Notes under the pieces: model-generated | Databases searched by the model: none | Told to the model about the DNA's origin: nothing | What the model saw: only the letters and a program-made list of their open reading frames with translations | Source: the human T2T-CHM13v2.0 reference genome, Homo sapiens | DNA length: 64,000 nt | Assembly: GCF_009914755.1 (NCBI RefSeq) | Contig: NC_060930.1 | Reading direction: 5' to 3' (one strand) | Part shown: piece after piece, positions 13,375-27,225 of the stretch | Layout: every line of letters starts with the position of its first letter | Position numbering within the stretch: the stretch's first letter is position 1 | Made by a program: the position numbers and the translations under genes

Positions 13375-13560
13375 TTTTACATGCATATTTCACTTAATTC
13401 TCACAACATTTCTCTCAGGTAGGAATGATTATTCCCACTTTACAGATGAGACTTGAGGAAATTGGTAAGTTGTCTATACAGCTACTAAAGAATTATGATT
13501 TGAACTAGCTCTACTGACTTGACAGTTTAAACAATACATTTACATTACTATGCACTGCTG
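13375..13560 (-). mobile_element. MIR
   Basis: ttaattctcacaac...aggtaggaatgattattcccactttacagatgag core. Confidence 0.8.
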
Positions 13561-13786
13561 CCTTTTATTTTATCTATAGTTCAGAAAAATTATTGTTATC
13601 ATAATGAAAACCCTCTGTTATGGACGAAAAGGCAAATTTATATCCTGCTTACCATGTAGGATATGTGTATACTCTATTTCATAAAAGTTTGAGACAAAAA
13701 TTTAAATTCTACAAGTAAATAAAGAGAAAATTCTGCCACCAAAAAGAATATATTTCTAATGATAACACAAACTGTAATTTCTATTA

Positions 13787-14129
13787 CAGTAGGGCCCCCT
13801 TATTCTTGAGGATACATTCCAAGACCCCCAGCAAATGCCTAAAACTGCAGATAGTACTGAATCTGATATACACTATGATACTTTGATCTGACCACCAGGA
13901 GGGTTACTAAGTGACTGAGAGGCGAGAAGAATAGACAGAGTGGACATACTGGAAAAGAGATGATTCACGTTCCATGCGTGAGATTTCATCACGCTACTCA
14001 GAACGATACTCAATGGGAAACTTACGAATTGTTTGCTTTTGAAATTTTCCACTTAATATTTTCAAAGCGCAGTTGACTGTGGGTAACTGAAACTGAGGAA
14101 AGTAAAACTGCAGCTAATGGGGGCTACTA
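13787..14129 (-). mobile_element. MER44A-like (Tigger7-derived) MITE
   Basis: Terminal inverted repeats cagtagggccccctta / taatgggggctact, flanking TA, internal gagatttcatcacgctactcagaacg. Confidence 0.85.
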
Positions 14130-14699
14130 TATAATGAGTAAGGCCAGGCAGAGCAAGAAGGATATTTCTAGAGTGTAATTTGGAGCTTCCTGAGTTTTGT
14201 AAACTCACACTTGTAAGTGCAGCTTATTCTTACTCCTTTAACTTTACAACTGTGTGTGTGGTGGGAAGATAGGATTTATGGGGGGCTTGGAAGAGAATTA
14301 GGCGGGGAAGAGCAGGCATGGGAAAAAGCAGGAGACAGAAAATGGTTTAGCATCTTCAAAAGACAAGGGACCCCAATTTAGTATGATTTTGATTATACCG
14401 GTTGTGAATGAGAGGTTTCACATTCTACTTTATTTCTACATTGTTTGGATGTCATACAACGTTTACAACTTGAATCTGTTTCTGTAAAGATGTTTTCATT
14501 CTGAAAAGATTAAGAGAGAGAAAGATAAGTGTAGAAGCTACATTTCAGAGGATTCTGGAAAAAAACAGAAAGCAAATGAGTAGGCTTGGAAAGTAAGGGC
14601 AATCTATTTAAGAATTTGAAAACAAATGCAAGAAGGAAAGTTGGATGTTAGCAAGGAGGTTAGCAGGATTACTCTTTCTTTTAAAATAGATGTGTAGAA

Positions 14700-14915
14700 A
14701 CCCACGGATGCAAAGATGGGAACAATAAACACTGGGGTATTACAATGGGGTGTGAGAGAGTGGGGAAAAGGGTTGCAAGACTATTAGGTACGAAGTTCCC
14801 TACTTGAGCAACAGGTTTATTAGAGGCCCTAACCAGAGTATCATGTAATATATCCATGTAACAAACCTACACATGTACCCTCTGAATCTAAAATTTTTCA
14901 AAAAAAGAAAGAAAA
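14700..14915 (+). mobile_element. L1 3'-end fragment (L1PB/L1MA-like)
   Basis: catgtaacaaacctacacatgtaccctctgaatctaaaa followed by an A-rich tail. Confidence 0.8.
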
Positions 14916-14935
14916 ATTTAAAATATATATGAACA

Positions 14936-15220
14936 GGCCATGCATGGTGGCTCACGCCTGTAATCCCAGCACTTTGGGAGGCTGAGGCAGTTGGATCACT
15001 TGAGGTCAGCCCGGCCAACATGGTGAAACCCAGTCTCCACTAAAAATACAAAAATTAGCTGGGCATGGTGGTGCACACCTGTAGTCTCAGCTATTCAGGA
15101 GGTTGAGGCAGGAGAATCGCTTGAACCTCAGAGGCAGAGGTTGCAGTGAGCTGAGATCATGCCACTGCAGTCCAGCCTGGGCCACACAGAAAGACTCTGT
15201 CTCTAAATAAATAAATAAAA
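14936..15220 (+). mobile_element. AluS
   Basis: Dimeric Alu with (AAAT)n tail. Confidence 0.93.
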
Positions 15221-15394
15221 TATATATAAACAACTCTGAAAATAATAAAATAAAATAAAATAGATGTAAAGAAACAAAATACATGCTGTGAGCACATCAT
15301 CAGTGCTAGAGAAACTAACTTTGCCTAGTATTAGTGCTATAGTATTAGTATTAGAATTAGTGTATTATAGTATTAATAGAATATTAATATTAAC

Positions 15395-15910
15395 GTATTA
15401 GTGCTCATAGCTGTGTAAAAAATAGCACAACATTTAGCAGCCTAAAGCAACAAATATTCATTATCTCACTTGGTTTCTGAGGGTCATGAAATCAGGGCTT
15501 AGCTGGGTAGTTCTGGCTCAGGGTCTCTCCTGAGGTTGCAGTCAAGTTGCTGCCTCTTGTTACAGTCATCAGAAGGCTTGACTGAGGTGGAAGATTCATT
15601 TCCAAGCTCACTCATGTGAGACCTCAGGTCCTTGTGGTGGTTACTAGAGGCTTCCGTTCAGAGCCTCCATGTGGGACATCACAGCTGGCATCCTCCAGAG
15701 TGAATGATCCAAGACAGGACAACCACAGTGGTAGCAGCAGTGCCTGTTGATGATTTGATCTCCAAGTTTGCAGACCACTTTCATTTTATTCTGTCCATTA
15801 GAAAGGAGTCACTAGATTCAGCCCGCACTCAAGGGGAGGAAAGGTAGTCTTCCCCTGTTGAAGACAGAAGTATGAAAGCATTTATGGACATATTTTTAAA
15901 ACTATCGCAG
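15395..15910 (-). mobile_element. MLT1 (F-like) MaLR LTR
   Basis: ggcttagctgggtagttctggctcagggtctctcctgaggttgcagtcaag...gaaggcttgactg. Confidence 0.75.
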
Positions 15911-16139
15911 AATGTATGAAGAATATCATGGCTTAACTAAGCACATATACACACTGAAAACTAGTTTAAATAGCGTGGAACATTTCCCTGTAAGAAGTAC
16001 GTTAAATGCAGTTTCTTGAACGTGAAGCCATTTCAACGTTACAAAATCTGTCCTAATATTGACATTTACTCTCTAATATTGTCAGTTATAACAAATGCCA
16101 TGGCACAGTGCTTTTCACATTTTGTTCCAACACTCAAGT

Positions 16140-16530
16140 GGGTATTTGTCATGCCTTGTAGTTGCCAGCAAGTTTGGCAACTTTTCCTATGTTTGGGGAA
16201 TTTCTTCCATTTTCAAGACTGCTTCCTGAGGCAGAAGCCAGAACTTTCTTTCCTATCCACCCTTGCAGCAAGCATCCAGGGATGGAACTTCTGTTCTTCC
16301 ACACAGACACTTCCATGTACGATGTAGATTTGGAAGATGGCAGCATGGCCCTGAATCCAGTTTCTAGGAAGGATGGAGTAAATGTCTCCAATGATGGAAT
16401 CAGACCTTGGACTCTCTCCATCTTGGGGTTCTGCTTCCCCCCGTGCCGGCTTTATTCTCAGATTGCCTGTCTCTTCCAGTGCTCCTAGTGCCTCATCACC
16501 GCACTCCCAGTTTATCATTCTCAGAATTTT
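16140..16530. mobile_element. Possible old ERVL LTR (LTR33-like) fragment
   Basis: cttcctgaggcagaagccag...cccttgcagcaag resembles LTR33-type sequence; weak. Confidence 0.3.
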
Positions 16531-16539
16531 CATTATCAA

Positions 16540-17100
16540 TTGCTTCACTTAAACAAACGAACAAACAAACAGTGGAACAAATAATAGCTATTTTATTATT
16601 TCCACAGATTTTGTGAATCAGGAATTGGAAAAGGATACTATGGGGACAAACTGTCTACGCTGCATACATAATAATATGGGGCAATTAACTAGAAGGAATC
16701 AGTGGCTGTGGGGGAGGAGTCACTTGATGGCTAGGGGCTGGAATCATCTGAAGGCTCACGCAGTCATATTTATAGCAGTTAATACTGCCTGTTGTTTGAG
16801 GGCAGTCACCTGAAACAACTACATGTGGCTACTTGGGCTTCCTCACAGCATGGTGGCTCAGTTCCAAGATCAAGTATCTCAAAAAAACAAAGTGAAGTAC
16901 AGGTACAGCAACTTTTATGACCTAGCCTCAGAAGTCACATAGTATCACTCCTCCATAGACACAAGCCCCTTTCCAGATTCAATGAATGAGAACACAAACC
17001 TCCCCCTCCCCCCACATTCCATCTATTAATGGGAGGGGTGTCAAAATCACATTGGAAGAAAAACATTAGTAATGGGAGATACTGGTATAGTTTTGCTGTG
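16540..17100 (-). mobile_element. MLT1 (G/H-like) MaLR LTR
   Basis: ggggctggaatcatctgaaggctc...ttgggcttcctcacagcatggtggct...ttttatgacctagcctcagaagtcaca. Confidence 0.75.
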
Positions 17101-17334
17101 TGGCAGGTTGTATTTTTCCAAAGATGACCAACGATAAACTAACTTGTACCAGGCCCATCCTTAAACAGCAGCCAGAAAATTTTAATACAATTTTGAGGCT
17201 TCAGAAGGTGCATTTCTAAGGGATACCCTACGATGCAGCTGTGTTACTCCAAACTGTCTTATACTAGGGGCTTGTTGGAAGCTGAGTCTGGGGTTAACAA
17301 AAATATCATTCAAATAGTACTGTGGTGTGAATGT

Positions 17335-17637
17335 GTCCCTCACACACCTACTTTACAGGGTTGTTGAGAAATTTTTATTCATTTATTTTAGAAATGGAAT
17401 CTCACTATGTTGCCCAGGCTGGAGTGCAGTGGTGGCTATTTACAGGCACAATTATGACAGACACAGCCTTGAACTCCCAAGCTCAAGCAATCCCCTGGCC
17501 TCAGCCTCCCGAGTAGCTGGGACTACAGGAACGCAACACGACGCTCAGCTGAAAATTAAATGAGAAGATATATGTAAAGAGCTTAGAGCAATGCTTGTCA
17601 CATAGTGACATGTTCTCAATCCGTGTTATTATTATCA
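17335..17637 (+). mobile_element. MIR 3' half, split by a FAM insertion
   Basis: acctactttacagggttgttgaga | aaattaaatgagaagatatatgtaaagagcttag...cacatagt. Confidence 0.75.
17370..17549 (-). mobile_element. FAM (fossil Alu monomer, 7SL-derived)
   Basis: Monomer retaining the 7SL-type segment (minus strand cctgtaaatagccacc..ctgcactccagcctgggcaacatag), which dimeric Alus lack. Confidence 0.8.
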
Positions 17638-19169
17638 TTTCAGTGCCTTGAAAGCCATTTTTATCAAGACTGTGGCCTCTGACAATTTGGCGCCATACAA
17701 TGGAGATGGCGGGTGGCAGGTGGCAGGTGGCACTCTGGTGACCCCATGTCATCACCACGTGGCTGCCTCTTGACCCTGGCAGAGTCTAAGTTCCCTTTCT
17801 TCTCTCAGCACCGCAGGGCAAGGCCCGAGGAACTGCTCTTGCCTGAGCTCCTGTCGTGTACTTCGGAGGGCCGGGCCTGGCGCTTAGAAGGAGGGGTGCT
17901 GTTGAGGTCAGGACACAGGAGCAGGCCTCTGACAGCTTACAATGCTGTGTGGCAAAGTGTAAAGGGGGTGATTCTCCCGGTTACTATCCTGAGGCCCTCT
18001 CGCAGGGGCAGTTCTCTAAGAGTTGGCGGAAACTCCAAGAACCAGGGCAGCAGGCTCGTGACAGCCCGTGTTCCCAGGGATCACAGGAGTTCCAGGAAGA
18101 GGCAAGACAGTTCTTACAATGTGACCCAGTAGGAGAGCCATTGGTGAGGTCTTGCACAGTGAGGTTAGTGTGTGCAGTCTCCAGGCTGATAGAAGTTCTT
18201 GATGAAGAAGTCTCTGCCTGCACCATATGAACAAGGGCGTGGCCGGACAGTCGTGTGGCTGCCAGATCCCAGCTCAGCCACAGGCCCCTACCACTCCACA
18301 ACACAGAGCCTGGGCTCTGGGTTCTGTGGTAGATATGAGGTCCTGGGTAGTGGGGAATGGAGTGGAAGTCCTGGGAAAAGGGATAACAGGACAAACTGAA
18401 TCTCATGTGCACAGAAAGGAAGGACAGCATTGCAAAACAAGGAAGGGGAACAGAAATATCTCATTGCATCGTAGGGTAGCGGGGGCAAAGAGGAGGCCAC
18501 TGCGCTGCATCCAAGACTGTGCAGTGGCGATGGTGCCTTCAGCCACCAGGAAGGGCGACTTTGCCACGCTCCCCTGCATGTGGCGTGGCACAGCCGACAC
18601 GCGCATTTCTACAAAGCCTCCCTCCCGTGTGACTTGTGGCACGTGCGAAGAAGAAAAGCGGCCCCTAGGGGCAGGGGTCCAGGAACTCTGCTGCTGCCCG
18701 TGCACCTCATTCCTTGAAACCTACTCTGCTTAGAACAACACAAACTAAACGCCGCCCTGTGGGCCGCGTCCCTGCACCACCAACCAGGCGCCTCCAGAAC
18801 GCGCTCCCAGGAACCCAGAAGTTTGCTGGTGTGTGTTTGCGGCGCCCGCGCACCTCGAAACTGAAAGCGCAACTGGAGGGCCTGGAGTCTCGCCCCAGCC
18901 AAAGGCCCGCGAGCGCCGCTGCCGCGGCCTCCACCCCAACCGAGAGCGCGCCGCTCCGCTGCAGTTGTCTTCACTGCCGCAGCGGGCCGGGGGCAACAGT
19001 GAGCCGCGGCGGCGAGAAACCGAGGTACCGGCGTGGCGGCCGCCCCAGCCCGGGCTGAGAGAGCCGAGACAGTGGCGGCGAAAACTCTCTGCGTTCTGGA
19101 GGGAGGGTGCGGGCAGGAGGAGGTAGAGGATGCCTTGTAAGCGGAGCAAAAACAAGGTTCAACGTCTGC

Positions 19170-19252
19170 ACCAGGATGGCCGAGTGGTTAAGGCGTTGGA
19201 CTTAAGATCCAATGGACATATGTCCGCGTGGGTTCGAACCCCACTCCTGGTA
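19170..19252 (+). tRNA. TRL-TAA1-1: tRNA-Leu, anticodon TAA (type II, 83 nt, intronless)
   Basis: Acceptor stem ACCAGGA/TCCTGGT + A. A box TGGCCGAGTGG 19177-19187. Anticodon stem TTGGA/TCCAA with loop CT-TAA-GA (TAA 19203-19205). Long variable arm GGACATATGTCC. B box GGTTCGAACCC 19231-19241. Symbol number from recall. Confidence 0.97.
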
Positions 19253-19260
19253 GCTTTAGG

Positions 19261-19265
19261 TTTTT
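19261..19265 (+). terminator. Pol III terminator (T5)
   Basis: TTTTT begins after an 8-nt trailer following the discriminator base. Confidence 0.85.
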
Positions 19266-19739
19266 CTCTTAAATCATTTTATTTTTTAAAAATACGAATC
19301 TCACTGAACACACCACGCCTTGGACATTAGAATTCCGACTTCTGGCTGGGAGAAGCGCAACGCTCACACGCAAAGTCCTGCTTCCCACCAAGAGACCGCG
19401 CAGGCGGCGGCCCTCAGAGCTCTGCTCACTTCCCCAGCTGCGGGGCGGGAGGCGGCCGGGAGGGGGAGGGCTGTGACCTGGAGGGTATTTTTAAAACTGC
19501 CTCTGCAAAAAAGTGAAAAATGCATCTCTCTTTTTTTTCCCTTTCTCTCTCTCTCCCTTTTTTTTCCCCCGCCAATGTTAATTTTGTGCACACAACTCTT
19601 CTATTAACTCCTAGAAGGCGGAGACTGTATCATCCTAGATGTAAAATGCACTCCAACTTGGGTTCGGCTTAGAATTTTTAAATACAGCGTGGTCAAGTTT
19701 TTTTTTTCTTCTTCTCCCTTTAAAATTGTTTGTTTAATG

Positions 19740-20960
19740 AGAGCCATCTAAGAATTTTTAAAAGTTGCAAGTACACTGCAAATAACTTTTTTTCCTCTCT
19801 TGAATCATTTAAAAGTAAAATACCTAGTGGATGCCCAAGTACTACTATTAAAATCAGGAAATTAACATTGATGATTTAATACCATCTAATCCTCGGTGCG
19901 CAATCGGTCACCAGTTGTCGCAAGAATGTTCTTTATAGCAAAAGGCTCCTCTTCAGAATGATGCGTTGCATTTACTTGTCCTGTCTCCTTCGGCTTCTTC
20001 CGTGTGGATCAGCTCCTCAGCCTCTGCTGACTTTCATGATCTTGACACTTCTGCTGACAAGCCAGCCGGTTTGTAGAATGTCCCTTTGTCAGTCTAGGTT
20101 TTCTGGTGTTTCCTCCTGATGAGATCCAGGCTCTGTTTATTTAGCAGGACTTCCACAGAAGCCATGCAGTGTTCTCACGGCAGCCTCTCAGGTCGCATGA
20201 TTTCCGTGTGGCCTGCTTCTCTGCCAGGCTTCTCCTCTGTAAAGTTACTGTTTTCCCTTTGTGATTAGTACCTGTTTTAGAGGGAAGTGCTTTGAAGCTG
20301 TGTAATATCCGGTGCCTTATCAAATTTTCATTTTATTCAATTATTTATGGAATTATAAGTTATGTACGTATGTATCCATGGTGCCCTATTTTAATTAATG
20401 GTTACAATCCATTCATTCATTTTGATGCTCAGAGTGTCTCAGATTGGGCCAGTGACAGCCCATTCAAGCTGACTTTTGACCTGTCTGCATTATTCTTTAG
20501 CACTTCCTTACTTCCTACTCCAAGATGGTCCAGATTTACCTTGTGCTTTCCTGACCCAGTACTAGAATCAGCCATTTTCTAAAGATCCTTGGTTCCTTTT
20601 AGTGGAGAATGGTATCTAGAAACCAAGGTCTCAGTGCTAGGTGTGCTCATTGCTTTTGAGGTGTTGCTACTTCCAGGCCCTCTGGGTAGACAGAATTAAG
20701 GAGTGTGTGTGTGTGCATATTTATCTATTTGTATATCTATATAAATATATATCTATATTTATTCATATATCTTTATGTATATCAAGGAGTTTATATATAC
20801 CTCCAATTCTGATCCAACACTATAGACTTTGTTCTATTTTGTCTCCCTGTCCATGTTTGTAACTCCCTGAATTCCTGCCTCCCCAGTGCAGATCTATACA
20901 TTGCTTAAGCTCATGTAATGGCTTTAGAATTGAATTGTTCAAAAAGGAAAGAGAAAAAGA
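19740..20960 (-). mobile_element. Ancient L1MC4/5-like 3' region
   Basis: aaaatcaggaaattaacattgat...gttgcatttacttgtc...gactttcatgatcttgacac...ggagaatggtatctagaaaccaag. Confidence 0.75.
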
Positions 20961-21901
20961 GTGTCTACATATTTTGGAAATAAACATCCTGCCAGCAACT
21001 GAGAACAGGCTCTGAGCCACTCACTATTAGATACTTGGGATGTGCAGATAAATAACCCGGCCTCTGTCTCAGTGAGCTCAGATAGCAAGAGACAGAGATT
21101 TTAATAAGCCACATTTGTAATGAAAAAATATGAATTATGCCCAAGGTGCTAAAGGAGTGGTTTGGGAAGGCCTGACTCTTCCTCAGAGAGCCAGCTTTAG
21201 TTGAGAGGTGAAAGAAGAGAAGCAGGGATGAGGGAGGGGCAAGAGGGAGAGGGAGACAGATACAGGTGGGGTAAGCCACGTGGGAGCCATCTGGGGGCCC
21301 TGTGAAGTATGATGCCCAGGATGCCCTGAAGGATTTGCAACAGAAGGAACCTGACAAGTGTTACATTTGGAAGTATCTGTGTCTACCGATGTAGAGAATC
21401 TTGGTCTGTCTTTATAGGCTTGGGATGGGGGGCATGTTGAATTGGTAGAAAATATTTTGGGGGAAAAATTGTTTAATTCTGTTAATAGCCAGTTAGACTG
21501 AGCTCAGTCTTTCTCTTCCTCCTTAAAAGCCCAGGATTTTTTCCTTGAAAAGCAGATTTGTTATATTAGATTCTTTATATATTTTCAAAAGTTCTTAAAA
21601 CATAGCGAATATATTGAAGTTAAATTTGAATCGTTAACTTAGTTTGAATTAAATTTACATTAGTTTAAATTAAATTTGAATCATTAAATTTGTATACTGC
21701 CACTAAACTTATAATGATTTTCTAATAATTATTTTAACAAAAAGAACTTAAGTCAATCCTTTGAATTAAAAATTAACAGTGTGGCTTTATAAACATTCTC
21801 TGTGGGTTTGAACTAGTTGTAAGTTATTCAAAATTGTTTATTTTCTATTGGGCTTTTACATAGATCTCTGTAGGAAAAGCTGCTACCAATGTATTTACGC
21901 A

Positions 21902-21915
21902 GTGACACCTACTGG
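21902..21915 (-). promoter_or_regulatory. Candidate CTCF motif
   Basis: Minus strand CCAGTAGGTGTCAC matches CCASYAGRKGGCRS at 13/14 positions, in non-repeat DNA. Confidence 0.45.
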
Positions 21916-23268
21916 TTAAGTTGAGGCAAATTTTTTGTTAAATTCTGTCTGCCTTGTTCTGACTATAGAATTCTGATAATTTGCTCCACAGTTACTGTGT
22001 TTGGAAGCAGATTCAGGCTATATCTATGTCAGCCAGTAAATTGACTTTCTTTTTTCTCTTGTAATCATTAATGATAAACCTGCCATTGAAAATAATCCTG
22101 AATCACTGATACAACTTGCACGAGACATTATTTTCATTGTATCAATAGAAGCTTTATTGCACTGCATCTTCTTTGTTTGTTTCAGTTCATTTTCCAATTC
22201 CAAATCTGGCTATGAAGTTGAAGGATAATAGATATCTGGATTAGCCATCAGCTTTAAAACACAGAAGTCATGTCCAATTTGAGAGATCCTGAACAAGTAG
22301 CGTTCTTGGTCCTCAGTAGGAAGTTGGAATTTGGAAGCCTTAATTATTTTGCTTGTTTTTCATTTTACTTTCAAATACAATTGCAGCTAGCTAAAGAACA
22401 AATTCAATATATGCTATGAATCTCACCCATATGTTAATTGTTCAAGTGGGATAAATGGTAATGCTCCATGTTTTAATAAGTCTGTTTAGTTCAAAGATAT
22501 TGTGTAAGAGGCAGAGAACATAATCCCAGGTGCCTTGCATCGCCTCATTACTCTGCTACTGGATAAAGGGTGATTGCGAACCAGCCCAGCCTATGTTTCA
22601 TTTTCATCAAAATAGATTTTGATGCCTCTGAACCATTTATCAGACTGCCTGGCAGAGAAGAATGATTCTTTTGTTGTTTATTATATCATTTGAGAAGAAA
22701 ATAACATTGAGGCAGAATCCCAGGTTGTAGATTAGTATGTGGCAAAGGCCAAACTCAATATTAAGGGCTCTGAAGCAAAAAGTGGATGTCCCAGTGTGAA
22801 CAGGCTGCATTGGGCAGTGACAACCTCTGACTGTGGAATGTAAGCCAGCCAGGGCCAGAACTGTCTCATTAGCCACACCAGTCAAGGGTCGGCAGTGGGT
22901 CCTTACAGAACTGAAATGAAAACTTCGTCCAGCAGAGTGTCTCCAGTACATTACATGCACTCAACAAATACCTGCTGAATAAGTGAACTACCCTGAAATC
23001 CATTGAGTATTCATAATTCATTTTGTGTGTTGTACACATATTAATCCTTATTCAGGGTATGTGTTTTAAAATGTACTGTGGATTTATTTTAATCAGGAAC
23101 AGTAGGACAGGACACAAAAATGACTGTCATGAAGGAAGCAATTCTTATGTTGCAGATTCCTAGACACAGGAGTCACACCACACCATGCAGGGCCAAATGG
23201 GGAAGGAGTGGGATCAGTCAGTGGCAGAAAGATTGAAGGGAAAGCATGAGTGACAACCTTTATTGTGG

Positions 23269-23888
<620 letters not shown>

Positions 23889-24217
23889 ACAGCCTTTATT
23901 GTGGCTTTTGCAGGAAAAAAGGGGGCAAGAAAGGGTAAGCATGCTTAAGATTGGCTGGTTTGAGTAATTTCAGCAGGCTCTGAGGTGTAAGGGCTATTCT
24001 GAGTTGTCTCCTGTCTCTAGGAATTAGCTGACCTTGGGAGGGACAATCTCTGCCCAATCAGTAAGACCCCAGATGCCAGAGCATTAAAAATACAGAACAT
24101 TTAAAAATGTAGTTAATACACTGTGGGTTCAGGCATTCTCATACTTCTTTTACTTCTTTTCCCTCTCTTCTTCTTTGTTCAGCTAGGGTGGACCTTACTA
24201 ATCAAGATTCAGAAGTC

Positions 24218-24530
24218 AGCCGGGAGCAGTGGCTCACACCTGACATACTAGCACTTTGGGAGGCCGAGGCAGGCGGATAGCTTGCACCCAGGAGTTGAGA
24301 CCAGCCTAGGCAATATGGCAAAACCCCATCCCTACGAAAAATACAAAAATTAGCTGGGTGTGGTGGCGCATGCCTGTAGTCCTAGCTACTCAGGAGGCTG
24401 CGTGAGAGGATTGCAGCGAGAGGATTGCCTGAGCCCAGGAGGTCGAGGCTCGCAGTGAGGCGAGATGGCGCCACTGCACTCCAGCCTGATGAAAGAGTGA
24501 GGCTCTGTTTAAAAAAAAAAAAAAAAAAAA
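24218..24530 (+). mobile_element. AluJ
   Basis: Dimeric Alu, A20 tail, TSD attcagaag. Confidence 0.92.
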
Positions 24531-24849
24531 GCATTCAGAAGCCCAAAGAGGCAACACTTAAGTAGTTTTTGAGTCATTGAGTCATTTCTATCTGGGTAGG
24601 CTAGACAATACACTTGTGCAATTCAAGTTCTAAGTTTATCTTTGGGTTTAGGTTGTATTTTCAGCCATTTTGTTCACTGCCATAGCATGGTAAGGTTGGC
24701 AGTTACTGAATAAGGTAACTTTTTTAAGTTGCATGGATAAGATGGATTATTTAAAAGAGTGTTGAATATTTGCCTCAATTCCACAATTTAATGTATATAT
24801 AAACACAGAATTGTGTGTGTTTGTGAAATACACAGCATAGGTCCTATGA

Positions 24850-25097
24850 GGCAACACAAGAACTGTGATTAGGAGTCTGCCAGTTCAATTTTTAATCCTA
24901 GCTGCAACCCTTGGTAGCTATGTGACTTTAGACTGGCTATTCAGTTTCTCCAAGTCCCTGTTTTCTCGCCTATGAGATGGAGTTGACAATAATAGTACCC
25001 ACCAAACAATTCATTGTAAGAGATAAACGTAAAGTTGAAAAAATGCTTAGAAAGTGCCTGGCATATAAAATGATCAATAGATGAACCTATTGTTATA
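24850..25097 (+). mobile_element. MIR
   Basis: agctatgtgacttt...ctgttttctcgcctatgagatggag...tgcttagaaagtgcctggcata. Confidence 0.8.
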
Positions 25098-25200
25098 CTT
25101 TAGTGATTCTCATAAAGTGTATATATGGATTGACTGTGAGATCAGTTTTGCTATAAAGGCAAAAGTTGCTCATGGAATTGATTCTGTTGGATGTACATTG

Positions 25201-26207
<1,007 letters not shown>

Positions 26208-26871
26208 ATTGTATTTGCCACAGCAATTGCAGGAGAGTAGAATGAGATCATCAGCAACAGATATAATTTTTAAAAGAGAGAAAATTGGGAGAGGGACATA
26301 GATTGCATTCTTCTGACTTATTAAACTTTTTTCATGTAAAAGTTTTGAAATGTCTAATTTTTCATCATCAACAGCCTCTTCTTAAAGAAAAGTCTGGGTA
26401 ATTCCCTGAATAATTTCTGAAATAGCAGAGTTCTAAACTCTAACTTTTCAAATGCACAATAAGAGAACTTATTGTTTCTCCCTGTGTATCACACCCACTG
26501 GGTTAGTCACAAATAGCTATATTAAGGATGTTTTTCACATTTTTTAAACACTAGCAATTTGGACCCACCCAGTTCAGCTTTTTAAATGCAACCTGACTTA
26601 AAAAAAATTGTTTTTAATCCCACATAAGAAAAATAAGAAACCCGTAACACTCGGAAGATGTGCAAAATAATATATGATATCCTGCTTTTAAGAGCAGCAA
26701 AAGTGCACCAGAGAGTATAAAGTGGAATTGAAGTCTATTATTATAAAGCTCTTTTACTGTGATTCAGTGTAATGCCTAATTCCATTAGTGCTCTACAAAG
26801 AACAACATGCACAAATGTACTCTTTTAGCTGCAGATAACAAATGAAGTTTTAAAGTGGCCTAACGAGTTAA

Positions 26872-27225
<354 letters not shown>

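Larger units (their letters stand above)
18560..19480. promoter_or_regulatory. CpG island surrounding the tRNA gene
   Basis: Dense CpG and high GC against a CpG-depleted background; GC box ggggcggg at ~19442; boundaries by eye. Confidence 0.85.

Noticed and set aside
16016-16616. Four or five overlapping ~100-aa ORFs
   Set aside because: No homology recognised; the region looks like decayed LTR sequence.
19214-19225. Perfect 12-bp palindrome GGACATATGTCC
   Set aside because: Explained as the variable-arm stem of the type II tRNA.
18227-19607. ORFs of 100-168 aa around the CpG island, including one crossing the tRNA
   Set aside because: Expected by chance in GC-rich DNA; low-complexity Arg/Gly/Pro/Ala content, no recognisable domain or exon structure.
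21620-21692. Degenerate AT-rich repeats (TTAAATTTGAATC x2; also AGTATT-like repeats at ~15325-15405) as an array or CRISPR-like structure
   Set aside because: Irregular low-complexity slippage products with no constant repeat-spacer period; eukaryotic context.
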